In this document: piece by piece, positions 19,404-29,352 of the stretch
Position numbering within the stretch: position 1 is the stretch's first letter
Layout of the letters: each line of letters begins with the position of its first letter
Assembly (NCBI GenBank): GCA_028703475.1
Contig: JAQVMU010000002.1
Location: 29 to 64,028 of the forward strand
From: Atribacterota bacterium
Lineage (GTDB): Bacteria; Atribacterota; Phoenicimicrobiia; Phoenicimicrobiales; Stramentimicrobiaceae
Direction: 5' to 3'
Length of the DNA: 64,000 nt
The notes under the pieces: model-generated
Seen by the model: only the letters and a program-made list of their open reading frames with translations
What the model was told of the DNA's origin: nothing
The model's database searches: none
Made by a program: the position numbers and the translations under genes

Positions 19404-20069
19404 TTATTCTCCTTTCATTTGCATTGATGAAATATTTAAAATTACATTATTTAAATGCTTATGCATTTCCTGTTTACAACAATCAGAATCCTTTAAAGAT
19501 AAAGTTTTAAAAATATTCACGTGCTCTTCCAAACTACGCTTTAATCTCTCTGGTACTCCCATTGCTTTAATCCAATGATCCGATTGTGCATAAAGATTAT
19601 CACAAATCTCACACAACTTTTTGTTTCCTGAAAGTTTTGTGATATATTTGTGGTATTTTAAATTTAGATTACTAAACTCAAGTGCATTTTTTGCCTTTAC
19701 CGCTTCTTCCATTTGTTCTACCATTATTTGAAGATTGCTTAGATCTTTTTCGGTAACTTCTTTAGCAGCGAGATAACTTGCGTAGGTTTCTAATTGGAGT
19801 CTTATACGAAGAATATCTAAAAGATCCTGGGGTAAAACCTGGTTAACGACTATACCATTGTTTGGAACTAATTCTACAAAACCCTCTGCCGCTAACAGAC
19901 GAAGAGCCTCCCGTACAGGAGTTCTGCTAATCTGCATTTGTTCAGCAATTTTTTCTTCAAATAATCTGGTATTCGATACCAATTTACCCCTGATTATATC
20001 TCTTTTAATAATTCGATATACTTTTTGGCTTAGCAATTCACGATTTCTAATTTTTGTAAAATTGGCCAT
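19404..20069 (-). CDS. GntR-family transcriptional regulator (FadR/FCD subfamily)
   Basis: N-terminal GntR HTH (..IAEQMQISRTPVREALRLLAAEGFVE..) plus an FCD ligand-binding domain. Its stop lies 8 nt from the fumA start, giving a gntR-fumA-fumB-malic enzyme operon. Confidence 0.8.
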   Translation of the reverse strand: MANFTKIRNRELLSQKVYRIIKRDIIRGKLVSNTRLFEEKIAEQMQISRTPVREALRLLAAEGFVELVPNNGIVVNQVLPQDLLDILRIRLQLETYASYLAAKEVTEKDLSNLQIMVEQMEEAVKAKNALEFSNLNLKYHKYITKLSGNKKLCEICDNLYAQSDHWIKAMGVPERLKRSLEEHVNIFKTLSLKDSDCCKQEMHKHLNNVILNISSMQMKGE

Positions 20070-20385
20070 AATACATTTATCTACTTTATATCTATTTTAA
20101 TTTATTTATATTTATAAAATTAATCCACGATTGTATTAGTTCAGTGTATAATGTATACAATTAACATAATAGCATATAAATAAAAAAAAGCAACTATTTA
20201 ATTTTCAATTTACATATACTTATTATAAAGTAAATTCAAAGATGTGAAGGCTATCTGTAATAGCTTAGAGTCCTTTTGTATGTATAGTTTTTAAGCTATT
20301 TATTTATTGATTGTCACTTAAAAACTAATCAAACAAAACAATATTTGTTAGTACAATTTATATTAATAAAACAAATATTTTTTTT

Positions 20386-21249
20386 CTAAAATTTTAATTT
20401 TTGGGCTAATATTACACTTATGAGAAGTATAATTCCACCAAATATTTGAACTGCATTTATAATCTCATTTAAAAATAAAACACCGAGAATACCATTCATT
20501 ATTGGTGCTAACATAGTAACCATATAATAATAGGTTACACTGGTTATTTTTAAGCCTTTATTCATAAATACCACAACCATTGCTTCAAAAAAACCGGCAA
20601 ATAAAACCACATATATTGCCTGAACAGATAAAATGTTAACTTTGAATAAAACACTTGCTATAATGGAATAAAATGCTCCACTTGACATAACACCCCACCC
20701 TATAATTTCTGAAGGTATGTCTTTATTCACTAATTTTTGAGTTATTGAAAATGAAGCAAAAAATAATCCACCAGCTAAAATCAACAAATCTCCAAATTGG
20801 GGAATAATCATTTTTCCAGAGGTGCTTACCAAATAAACTCCTACAAAAAAAGTGAGAATTAGCAGGCACATACTCCTATGTAGTCTTTCTTTCAAAAAGA
20901 TAAAAGATAAAATTGCCGAAAATATAAGACTGCTTCTAATAAGAAAACCATAGTTTATTGAAGTGGTGTATTTAAGTCCTATAGTGCTGGTAAAATATGC
21001 AGAAAATAAGAAAAAACCTGCTAATAATATTTTTTTCCATTCAGAGTTACTAATCTGCTTTACTTTGTATATTTCCTTTTTTTGAAATAATATAATATTA
21101 AAACTTAAAATTATTGCAGCAACAACCATAAACTGAAAAAATAATTTTAATGGTGGGACTTCGGCTAATAAAGCAATTTTTTTGGTAAAAATTGCCATCG
21201 ATACTGACAAAGTAGCTAAAAAACAATATATAAATCTTTTTGAAAACAT
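20386..21249 (-). CDS. EamA/DMT-superfamily transporter
   Basis: 287 aa with 10 predicted TM segments in two EamA-like halves. Confidence 0.6.
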   Translation of the reverse strand: MFSKRFIYCFLATLSVSMAIFTKKIALLAEVPPLKLFFQFMVVAAIILSFNIILFQKKEIYKVKQISNSEWKKILLAGFFLFSAYFTSTIGLKYTTSINYGFLIRSSLIFSAILSFIFLKERLHRSMCLLILTFFVGVYLVSTSGKMIIPQFGDLLILAGGLFFASFSITQKLVNKDIPSEIIGWGVMSSGAFYSIIASVLFKVNILSVQAIYVVLFAGFFEAMVVVFMNKGLKITSVTYYYMVTMLAPIMNGILGVLFLNEIINAVQIFGGIILLISVILAQKLKF

Positions 21250-21295
21250 TTAATCAATTCTCCTAATTATCTAAGTGTTAATAGAATATTGTACT

Positions 21296-22270
21296 TTAAC
21301 TTTCTTCCAAATCGGAATGAGCGGGTATGCCAAACATTGCAGTTGCATTAAAAACTGCATTCTGTATAGCCAGTGAGATAACATGAGCAGCAAGGATATT
21401 GAGTTGATTGAGATTGGATTTTAATTCTCCTGTAGCCAGGGAAAATATAACATCTCCATCATAAAGAGTATGGGAAGGAATTATACACCTGGCAAAACCA
21501 TCATGGGCAGACATGGATAATCTTTTTGCTTCTGCCTTCGATAATTGGGCATTGGTTGCGATTACTCCCAAAGTTGTGTTTCGCATGAAAGGACTGTTTT
21601 CTTTAAAAAGCCGGGTATCTAATAGTTGATTTGGGTGAGCAAACTGCTTTTTTCCCACATCAAGAGCCCCTGCTATTACTTTTCCGTTTGCCGGATTAAC
21701 AATATCACCAAAAGCATTAACTATTACCAGCGCACCTACAATCAAATCACCTGTTTTAATACTGGCTGTACCCAATCCACCCTTCATACAGCGATTAATT
21801 CCATAATACTTGCCAACAGTTGCCCCGGTACCTGCTCCGATGCATCCATTCCCTGTTTTTGAATTATCAGTATTTGCTATATTTAAACAAGCCTGATATC
21901 CCATCTTTTTATCCGGTCTAATTGACGAATCTCCGATATCCAGGTCAAAGATTACTGCTCCCGAAACAATAGGAACCTTAACCGCGCCAGCCTGGAAACC
22001 AATATTGTTTTCTTCTAAAAATTCCATTACACCAGCAGCCCCATCTAAACCAAAAGCACTTCCCCCGGAAAGATAGATAGCATGAACCTTTTCAACTGTA
22101 TTAGTAGGGTCTAATAGATCTGTTTCCCGGGTTCCGGGAGCAGCTCCCCGAACATCTACTCCTGCAACGGCACCTTTTCGAATAATTATTACCGAACAAC
22201 CAGTCCCTGCTTCGAAATTTTGGGCATGCCCTACCTGTATACCATTAATATCTTTGATGGAATTATTCAT
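21296..22270 (-). CDS. P1-family peptidase (DmpA/L-aminopeptidase D-Ala-esterase/amidase, S58)
   Basis: 324 aa Gly-rich Ntn-hydrolase pattern (..LSGGSAFGLDGAAGV.., ..GTGATVG..). Confidence 0.75.
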   Translation of the reverse strand: MNNSIKDINGIQVGHAQNFEAGTGCSVIIIRKGAVAGVDVRGAAPGTRETDLLDPTNTVEKVHAIYLSGGSAFGLDGAAGVMEFLEENNIGFQAGAVKVPIVSGAVIFDLDIGDSSIRPDKKMGYQACLNIANTDNSKTGNGCIGAGTGATVGKYYGINRCMKGGLGTASIKTGDLIVGALVIVNAFGDIVNPANGKVIAGALDVGKKQFAHPNQLLDTRLFKENSPFMRNTTLGVIATNAQLSKAEAKRLSMSAHDGFARCIIPSHTLYDGDVIFSLATGELKSNLNQLNILAAHVISLAIQNAVFNATAMFGIPAHSDLEES

Positions 22271-22425
22271 AATCTATAGTTTACTCCAATTATATTAAAA
22301 TATATTTTAATCTTTTAGTTAAATATATTTTAATTTCAGATTTAAGAACAGTACAAATATCATAATTACTAATCACATAAATTAATTTTTCTCTATTACC
22401 TGCATTCAGGAACTTTTAAACTTCT

Positions 22426-23613
22426 TTATTCTGTTTGACAAACAAAATCCTTTTGATTGTCCTGTATTATAAAAAGGAAGGCACCTTTTTCAGAAGGCAC
22501 TCCGTCGTTCATATCCCAGGTTTGTTGAATCCCCTGAAAAGCTTTGACATTTCGGCAATAATCCCTAATTTTTATCCTTTCTTCGGTTAAATATTCTATA
22601 TTGCCGGTAATCCCTGTGTTTTCAATAGCTTCCTTAATCATGTAGACACAGTCATAATAAATAGTAGACAGAGAGCTTGGTTCAAGGCCTCCATGCTCCC
22701 TCTTGTAATCTTCCCTGAATGAAATCCACCTTTCATTCTGGCTATTAGGATCAATATAATTATAAATATAGCAACCATTTAAATACTCTCCAGCCGTTGT
22801 ATAAAGTGGTGTATCATCAGCACTACTAAAAATAAGTATTTTTGATGTGTCACTCCAACCCTGCCTTTGTAAGGAAACAACAATTTTTGCTGCTTTTTCC
22901 GGACTGCATGTTAAGATAAACCCATCCGGTTGGTTCGACAGCGCTTTCACAACCAGTGAATCAAACATAATTGCATCTCTCGGAACTTCAACCTCCAGGA
23001 TCTTGTTCACACCAGCTGTCTCTAAGCCAATTGTGTGAAATTTTGCCATCTGTGGCCAGACAGCTTGTTTTTCGGTAAATTGAACTATACTCTTTATTGA
23101 TTCATCATGGAGTTCTACCCATGTTTTTGTTACCCCCGGCAAGACATCTTCGGTGGGAGGAAACCATGATAGAGACCAGGGAAAATAATTAATAGCAATT
23201 TCATAACTGGTCGAGGCGGTCATGCAAAATAGACCCTGCTTTACCGCCATAGGCATAGATGCCTGAATACATACCTCCGGAACCGGGCCTAAAACTACCA
23301 TGGAGTGGTCTATTATTTTAGCCATTTCAGAAATAGCCTTTTCAGCTGAATCGCCTGTATCGTACTCTAAAACAATTACTGGTTTACCATTTATACCACC
23401 GGATTCATTTATCTCCCGGGCAGCTCTCTGGGCACTCCAGGACATATAATTTCCAATACTGGCAACCGAACCTGTTAAAGTGTTTAAAAAATCTATTTTC
23501 CACACTTTCTGGTTTTCCTGATATGCTACGGCAGATACTGAAAGCAATAATGCCACAAGTATTGTTAAAAATACTCTAATTGAATTTAAAAAAATGTTCT
23601 TTTGCCAATTCAT
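22426..23613 (-). CDS. branched-chain amino acid ABC transporter substrate-binding protein (LivK/LivJ-like, Peripla_BP_6)
   Basis: Signal peptide plus periplasmic binding protein type I pattern. Same strand as the livMHFG genes. Confidence 0.75.
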   Translation of the reverse strand: MNWQKNIFLNSIRVFLTILVALLLSVSAVAYQENQKVWKIDFLNTLTGSVASIGNYMSWSAQRAAREINESGGINGKPVIVLEYDTGDSAEKAISEMAKIIDHSMVVLGPVPEVCIQASMPMAVKQGLFCMTASTSYEIAINYFPWSLSWFPPTEDVLPGVTKTWVELHDESIKSIVQFTEKQAVWPQMAKFHTIGLETAGVNKILEVEVPRDAIMFDSLVVKALSNQPDGFILTCSPEKAAKIVVSLQRQGWSDTSKILIFSSADDTPLYTTAGEYLNGCYIYNYIDPNSQNERWISFREDYKREHGGLEPSSLSTIYYDCVYMIKEAIENTGITGNIEYLTEERIKIRDYCRNVKAFQGIQQTWDMNDGVPSEKGAFLFIIQDNQKDFVCQTE

Positions 23614-23656
23614 TTCATCTTATCCTTTCATTTTATTGTTCTTAAAAATACTATGG

Positions 23657-24202
23657 TTATTCCGGGATAATACTTTCCTGATTTAAAAATAGTGAAATTT
23701 TTTTGTATACTAATAAAGTCAATATACTGCTTATTAGCCCTTTAATCAAATTAAAAGGAATAATAGCAGGTAGCATAAGCTGCAGGATAATCTCTTTATT
23801 AACTCCTAAATATAAAGGTGTTATCAATAAGTTTGCAGGAATCATAATAACTGTCATAACCAGGGTACCCAAAACCAGTCCAATTATTGCTCCTTTTCTG
23901 TTATGTTGCTTTAAATAAATCCAGGATGATACCAAAACAAAGGCGCTGGTTGATATAAAATTCATTAATGCCCCATAAGGGCCACCTTGTCCGGTTAACA
24001 AAGCAAAGACAAGCGAATAGACCAGGGTCATAAGCATTCCTGCTCTTGGTCCAAATTTAAAAGCTGCAATAAGCAGAAAGACATGTCCCGGGTCATACAG
24101 CAGAAAAGGTGCCTGTGGTAAAATTGGAAAATGTATCAGGTATCCTGTGATAACCGATAAGGCAATAAAAATTGAATAATGACTTATGTATTTAGTACTC
24201 AT
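23657..24202 (-). CDS. ribU: ECF-transporter S component, riboflavin-type (RibU-like)
   Basis: 181 aa with 5-6 TM helices and an S-component-like fold pattern. Lies directly downstream of an FMN riboswitch. Confidence 0.65.
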   Translation of the reverse strand: MSTKYISHYSIFIALSVITGYLIHFPILPQAPFLLYDPGHVFLLIAAFKFGPRAGMLMTLVYSLVFALLTGQGGPYGALMNFISTSAFVLVSSWIYLKQHNRKGAIIGLVLGTLVMTVIMIPANLLITPLYLGVNKEIILQLMLPAIIPFNLIKGLISSILTLLVYKKISLFLNQESIIPE

Positions 24203-24336
24203 TCTTAAATTTCCTTTCTATATTACATTATTTCGTTTTTTTAATAATCTATTAACTGAAATATGAAAGGCTTATTTAAAATAAAAAAGCCCTCGATTTA
24301 CCTCGGGGCATTAAGGATAATCTTGTTTCCTTTTAC

Positions 24337-24525
24337 CTTCTTCTCTCATCCAGACTTTAACTGTCGGCTCCGGAATCTCACCGGATCAACCAAAATATGG
24401 CTCGTGGGCTGTTCATTTTTTCTCTTTAATCTTTCAAGCCTTCTAATATCTTCAAAAATGATACTACCACCGGTCGGGAATTGATAATCACAAAAATGAT
24501 TATCTCACCTTGCCCCGAAGAAGTG
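24337..24525 (-). promoter_or_regulatory. FMN riboswitch (RFN element) aptamer
   Basis: Minus-strand RNA reads CUUCUUCGGGGCAAGGUGAGAUA..UCAAUUCCCGACCGGUGGUAGU....GGUUGAUCCGGUGAGAUUCCGGAGCCGACAGUUAAAGUCUGGAUGAGAGAAGAAGG. This matches the conserved RFN core (UUCGGGGCAGGGUGAAAUUCCCGACCGGCGGUAGU ... GGUGAAAUUCCGGAGCCGACAGUAAAGUCUGGAUGGGAGAAGGA). A weak hairpin plus U-tract at 24283..24309 may be the expression platform. Confidence 0.8.
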
Positions 24526-24622
24526 TATTACACATTTATTTTTTAATTATACAACTGTCAGTCAAGATTGTCAGTGATAAATTGTAATAAATAAATAATT
24601 TTTTATATTTATTATGATAAAC

Positions 24623-25495
24623 CTATTTTGTTTTCTTTAAAAAACTCTTTCTAAAAATATTACTTAGATTAGTAATCTGTTTCCTGGTTACAAGTCCCTG
24701 CGGACGAAGACAAATCATGATAATCAATAAACCACCATAGATAACCTGCTTCCAAACTATTAAAAAATCAGGTAACAAAATAGGTATGCCACCTAATAAA
24801 GGAGCTGCCAGTACTACTCCCCACATACAGCTATACCCTCCGACAAACAATATAGCCATAAGTGTGCCTATTATCCCAAAACCAAAAAAGTCTACAGTAA
24901 TACCTCCTATCAAAGATGCATACAAAACACCTGCCAGGCCGGCTAATACACCGGAAAAGGAATGTACTATCAAAGCAATTTTATTCCCATAAATACCCAA
25001 AGATGATGCTAAATTCCTGTCATAAAAAATCACACTGGCCTTTATGCTGATATGAGAATAATCAAATATAAATACTAAAGAACCCATAAATATCAATAAA
25101 AGATATGTCCATATAACCAGGTATTTAACTGATGGAATATTAAAAAAACCGATACTTCCACCTAAGAAATCACAATTTTCTATTACTGTCCTTATAATAA
25201 ATATGGAAGTTAAACCTACAATAACTACAGTAAAGGTAGGAGCATCACCTATTAAGAGTGAAACTATATATTCAATAGTAAATCCGATAACTATACATGC
25301 TAATAAAACCAACAAGAAAGACCATTCCCACTCACGAGAAGCAACACCTGTAAAATAAGCACATATAGCCATGACAGATATCGGCAAAAAATGCAGATGA
25401 CCTATTCTATATGGTAAGTATAGGGACCATCCCATTAAAATATAAATAGCTGTCAGTACTAAAAAATAGTATAGTAAAGTCAATTTTTTCTCCAA
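24623..25495 (-). CDS. livM: branched-chain amino acid ABC transporter permease (LivM-like)
   Basis: 290 aa polytopic membrane protein of the BPD_transp_2 type. Confidence 0.8.
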   Translation of the reverse strand: MEKKLTLLYYFLVLTAIYILMGWSLYLPYRIGHLHFLPISVMAICAYFTGVASREWEWSFLLVLLACIVIGFTIEYIVSLLIGDAPTFTVVIVGLTSIFIIRTVIENCDFLGGSIGFFNIPSVKYLVIWTYLLLIFMGSLVFIFDYSHISIKASVIFYDRNLASSLGIYGNKIALIVHSFSGVLAGLAGVLYASLIGGITVDFFGFGIIGTLMAILFVGGYSCMWGVVLAAPLLGGIPILLPDFLIVWKQVIYGGLLIIMICLRPQGLVTRKQITNLSNIFRKSFLKKTK

Positions 25496-25616
25496 TATAT
25501 TTTTTAAATTGATGCCGAAAAATATAAATCACTATAATTTTTTAAAAATCAAAAAACATCTAAGTAATTATTCTTATTTGTTTTAATATTCCCTACTAAG
25601 AAAGATTTAAAAAGAA

Positions 25617-26492
25617 TTATTCACTGAATATACCTCTTGGTTTTATTAAAATTACTAAAAGCATCAGTAAAAAAGCTATGGCATTAGACCAGGAACCAGG
25701 TAAAAAATGGATTATCAGGGATTCAAGAATACCCAATGCCAATCCACAAACAATAGCACCTTTAATATTTCCCAAACCGGCTACAATAGCCACAGCAAGT
25801 ACTTTTAAAGAAATATACTCCCCCAACCATGGAGAAGCTGACCCAAGCAACATAGAAAATAGTAGAGCAATAATTCCCCCTAGAAATCCTGTAATACTAT
25901 ATAGCAGTAAATTCAGTTTTACGATCGGTATGCCCTGTAAACGTGCAACTGTTATATTTTCAGCTACAGCTCGAAATGCACGGCCTATTTGAGTTTTAAA
26001 GATAATTACAAACAAAGCCAGGGCAATAAAAATACTTACAAACAAAGTGTATAATTGGCCACTGGAAATACGTATAAAACTGATTGTAAATAATTTATAA
26101 CTGTTCATCCAATTAACAGGAAAAGAAATTGGAAACCCATAATTAATCTGATGTGACATAATCTCAGTTAGAATCATTGCAATTCCTAATGATAAAATAA
26201 AGGAAGAATTAATATCTATCATTCCTCTTCTCTTATTAATATAGTAGAACAGTGGTTCTACCATAATATGTAGTAAAATAGAAATTATTATGGCAATCAG
26301 GACAGCTATATAAGGATTGTTTGTTATTTTTAACATTCCCCAGCAAGTATACATTGAAATAACTACAATATAGGGATAGGAAAAGTGAATTATTTTACCA
26401 ACAAGAAACATTAAGTTAAATCCTGTTACCATTAAAACATAGATACTTCCTAATACTATTCCGTTAATTATCTGTGTAATAATAATTCTCAA
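25617..26492 (-). CDS. livH: branched-chain amino acid ABC transporter permease (LivH-like)
   Basis: 291 aa polytopic membrane protein of the BPD_transp_2 type. Confidence 0.8.
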   Translation of the reverse strand: MRIIITQIINGIVLGSIYVLMVTGFNLMFLVGKIIHFSYPYIVVISMYTCWGMLKITNNPYIAVLIAIIISILLHIMVEPLFYYINKRRGMIDINSSFILSLGIAMILTEIMSHQINYGFPISFPVNWMNSYKLFTISFIRISSGQLYTLFVSIFIALALFVIIFKTQIGRAFRAVAENITVARLQGIPIVKLNLLLYSITGFLGGIIALLFSMLLGSASPWLGEYISLKVLAVAIVAGLGNIKGAIVCGLALGILESLIIHFLPGSWSNAIAFLLMLLVILIKPRGIFSE

Positions 26493-26516
26493 ATATTTGC
26501 TTCCTCCGGGCCTAAA

Positions 26517-27239
26517 TTATCTTCCCAGATATGCTTCTTTAATTCTTTTATAATCTTTCAAATCAGCAGGACTTCCATCTAATGTTATTTGTCCATCATC
26601 AAGAACATAAATCTTATCTGCATATTTAAATGCCTGAACTGAATTTTGTTCTGCCAGTAAAATAGTATAACCATATCTGTTTAGATATTTTATAGTGTCA
26701 TAAATCTGAATTATATATTTTGGAGATAAACCCAATGACGGTTCATCAAACATTAAAATCTTGGAATTTGCCATCAGTGCTTTGCTAAAAGCCAGTATTC
26801 TCTGCTCACCGCCGCTCAAGGTACCTGCAGTTTGTTTTAACCGCTCTTTCAATAATGGGAATAGATTAACAACAAAATCCAACTGTTCCGAATATTTTTC
26901 AAAAGAATAATAAGCTCCCAACTGCAAATTTTCTTTAACAGTTAATGTTCTAAAAATCCCACCATCTTCTGGAATTAAAAAAATGCCACTACGAGTTACT
27001 CGTTCTGGCAACCAGAAGGTAATATCATCTGTATGATAAATAATACGGCCTTCATCAGGTTTCTCTAAGCCAATTATTGTGTTTAACAAAGTACTTTTAC
27101 CTGCACCATTAGAACCTATAAGAATAACAACCTGTCCCTGTTTTACTTCCAAAAATACTTTTTTCAAAGCGATAATTGGCCCATATGATACAGTTATATT
27201 TTTAATTTCTAATATATTATTGCTGTTATCCGGAACCAA
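26517..27239 (-). CDS. livF: branched-chain amino acid ABC transporter ATP-binding protein (LivF-like)
   Basis: Walker A GSNGAGKST, signature LSGGEQR and Walker B MFDEP. Start assigned to the TTG at 27239, which has a GGAGG RBS 6 nt upstream. The longer ATG frame would overlap livG by about 80 nt and adds a non-conserved basic extension. Confidence 0.75.
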   Translation of the reverse strand: MVPDNSNNILEIKNITVSYGPIIALKKVFLEVKQGQVVILIGSNGAGKSTLLNTIIGLEKPDEGRIIYHTDDITFWLPERVTRSGIFLIPEDGGIFRTLTVKENLQLGAYYSFEKYSEQLDFVVNLFPLLKERLKQTAGTLSGGEQRILAFSKALMANSKILMFDEPSLGLSPKYIIQIYDTIKYLNRYGYTILLAEQNSVQAFKYADKIYVLDDGQITLDGSPADLKDYKRIKEAYLGR

Positions 27240-27990
27240 GGTAAACCTCCTGAACCTTTGTATCCTCCAGAACTTGCTTTGAATTCCCTTCAGAAACTTT
27301 CTGCCCAAAATCTAAAACAGCTATTCTGTTGGCAATGCGTCTAATAAACTGGATATCGTGACTAACCAGCATAATAGTAACACCTGCTTTATTTATCTCA
27401 ATCAGTTTATCTCCTATCTTTTTTACCTCATCTGATCCCATTCCGGCTGTTGGCTCATCTAATAAAAGTAACTTTGGTTCTGATGCGACTGCCCTGGCAA
27501 TTTGAACCAGTTGCCTTTCATACCAGACTAGGTCCTCAGCCCAACGCTCTGCCATTGATTGTAAATTAAATTTTCTTAATATTTCCTGACTTCTTGTTAC
27601 ATTTTTGTTTTCCTTATAAAAGATATTTTGGGATTGTCTGCCTTTTTTATTCTTATTTAACAAACCGGTCATAATATTTTCTAAAACATTTAAATCCGGA
27701 ATGATTTTTCCTTCCTGAAAGGTACGGCTGATTCCCTTTTCAAATATCTGCTGGGGTTTAAGTTCATCAATCCTTTCATCAGAAAAGAAAATCTGACCTG
27801 ATGAGGATTTTAATAAACCTGTTATTATGTTCAATAAAGTTGTTTTACCAGCACCATTAGGTCCGATAATGCCATAAATATCTCTCCGGTACACCGAAAT
27901 ATTCAGGGAAAGCAGCGCTTGTAGTCCACCAAATTTTTTTGATAGGGATTTAGTATAAAACAAAGGTATTTTATTGGGATAAGTTTTCAT
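27226..27990 (-). CDS. livG: branched-chain amino acid ABC transporter ATP-binding protein (LivG-like)
   Basis: Walker A GPNGAGKTT and Walker B LLLDEP. The Q/E-rich insertion typical of LivG is present. Confidence 0.85.
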   Translation of the reverse strand: MKTYPNKIPLFYTKSLSKKFGGLQALLSLNISVYRRDIYGIIGPNGAGKTTLLNIITGLLKSSSGQIFFSDERIDELKPQQIFEKGISRTFQEGKIIPDLNVLENIMTGLLNKNKKGRQSQNIFYKENKNVTRSQEILRKFNLQSMAERWAEDLVWYERQLVQIARAVASEPKLLLLDEPTAGMGSDEVKKIGDKLIEINKAGVTIMLVSHDIQFIRRIANRIAVLDFGQKVSEGNSKQVLEDTKVQEVYLGSG

Positions 27991-28076
27991 AAATAATCAT
28001 CTTCATCTTTAAATCATCTTTAGTATTCTTGTATTAATTATAATAAATTATGGTTTTTGATAAATCAATAATAAAA

Positions 28077-29267
28077 TTATGTGATTTTATATTTTTTAAA
28101 AAATTCAAGGGCGCTTTGCACATGCATTTCAATACCTATTGGCAGCATATCCTCATCAATATTAAAAAAGCAGTTATGATGTGAAACTCGTTTTTCAATA
28201 TTACTGTTGCCACATCCTAAAAAATAAAAAACTGAGGGGACAGTGTGAGAAAATTCTGAAAAATCTTCACTGGCACTGCAAGTAAAATCGATTATTTTAT
28301 CTCTATCTACTACTTTAATAGCAGCTGATTTAATGATTTCTGTCAATTGTTTATCATTGACTACCATTTTATTTTTTTCTGTAATCTCAATTTCAATCTG
28401 AACACGATTGACCTGTGAAATTGAATAAATTAGCTCTTTAAATCTCTCTATGGGTTTTATGGATTTTTGATATTTATCCCGTTCCAAATAACGTATCGTT
28501 CCCTCTAACTCAACAAAATCAGGAATAATATTATTCTTTTTTCCTCCTGAAATTTTTCCAATCATAATTATAAGAGGATTAAGCTGATTTATCTCTCTTG
28601 TTTGAATAATCTGTATTTGCTGGATTATATTGGCTGCTGCCATAACCGGGTCTATGGCATGGTCAGGATATCCGGTATGTCCGCCTTTTCCAACAACTTT
28701 GATTCTAAAAGTAGCCAAAGAAGCCATTATGGCACCATCCTTGATTCCGACAGTGCCCTTTTCCAGTTGTGACCAGAGATGGATTCCCATTGCTGCATTA
28801 ACTTTTGGATTAATTAAAACACCTTCTTTTATAATCCTTTTTGCTCCTTCTGCAGACTCTTCATCTGGCTGAAAAACAAATTTAATATTACCATTAATCC
28901 TGTTTTTATAATATTTGCTTAGTATTTTAGCAGCAATTAGCAGCATTGCCATATGTCCATCATGTCCGCAGGCATGCATAACCCCGGGGATGGTTGATTT
29001 ATAGGAAACTTCATTCATCTCTTGAACAGGTAGGGCATCTATATCTGATCTGATTAATAATGTGGGACCCTTCTTTTTACCTCTTAATAATCCGATTACA
29101 CCGGTAGAGGCAATTTTTTTTACCTCTAAATTAATTTCCTCCAGATATTGGTAAATTTTTTTCGAGGTTCTAACTTCATTCCACCCTATTTCAGGAAATC
29201 GATGAAAATCTCTTCTCAAAGAAACAGCTTCATTTATTAATAAATTTACTATGGGTTTTAGTTCCAT
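28077..29267 (-). CDS. M20-family amidohydrolase (N-acyl-L-amino acid amidohydrolase / hippurate hydrolase subfamily M20D)
   Basis: 396 aa with the metal-binding MHACGHDGH motif and an M20 dimerisation-domain pattern. Confidence 0.8.
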   Translation of the reverse strand: MELKPIVNLLINEAVSLRRDFHRFPEIGWNEVRTSKKIYQYLEEINLEVKKIASTGVIGLLRGKKKGPTLLIRSDIDALPVQEMNEVSYKSTIPGVMHACGHDGHMAMLLIAAKILSKYYKNRINGNIKFVFQPDEESAEGAKRIIKEGVLINPKVNAAMGIHLWSQLEKGTVGIKDGAIMASLATFRIKVVGKGGHTGYPDHAIDPVMAAANIIQQIQIIQTREINQLNPLIIMIGKISGGKKNNIIPDFVELEGTIRYLERDKYQKSIKPIERFKELIYSISQVNRVQIEIEITEKNKMVVNDKQLTEIIKSAAIKVVDRDKIIDFTCSASEDFSEFSHTVPSVFYFLGCGNSNIEKRVSHHNCFFNIDEDMLPIGIEMHVQSALEFFKKYKIT

Positions 29268-29352
29268 AAAAATTTGGTCTCCTTTGCTTTTAACCCAATT
29301 TTATAAAATATATTTTAATAATTAATAATTGTATATTTAGAATAATAGATTT

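Noticed and set aside
24263-24484. 73-aa plus-strand ORF.
   Set aside because: It lies antisense across the FMN riboswitch aptamer, with no RBS.
24283-24528. Initially read as a cobalamin riboswitch because of the GGUGAGAUUCCGG...GCCGACAGU...GUCUGGAUG segment, which would have made the S component CbrT/BtuM-like.
   Set aside because: The full element matches the FMN (RFN) consensus on both halves (UUCGGGGCAGGGUGA...AUUCCCGACCGGUGGUAGU and GGUGAGAUUCCGGAGCCGACAGUUAAAGUCUGGAUGAGAGAAGAAGG). It lacks the AGGGAA and GCCACUG B12-box features.
26517-27308. 263-aa livF frame with a basic 23-aa N-terminal extension overlapping livG.
   Set aside because: A GGAGG RBS precedes an in-frame TTG at 27239 that restores the canonical LivF N-terminus with only a 14-nt overlap. 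The extension is not conserved in LivF proteins.
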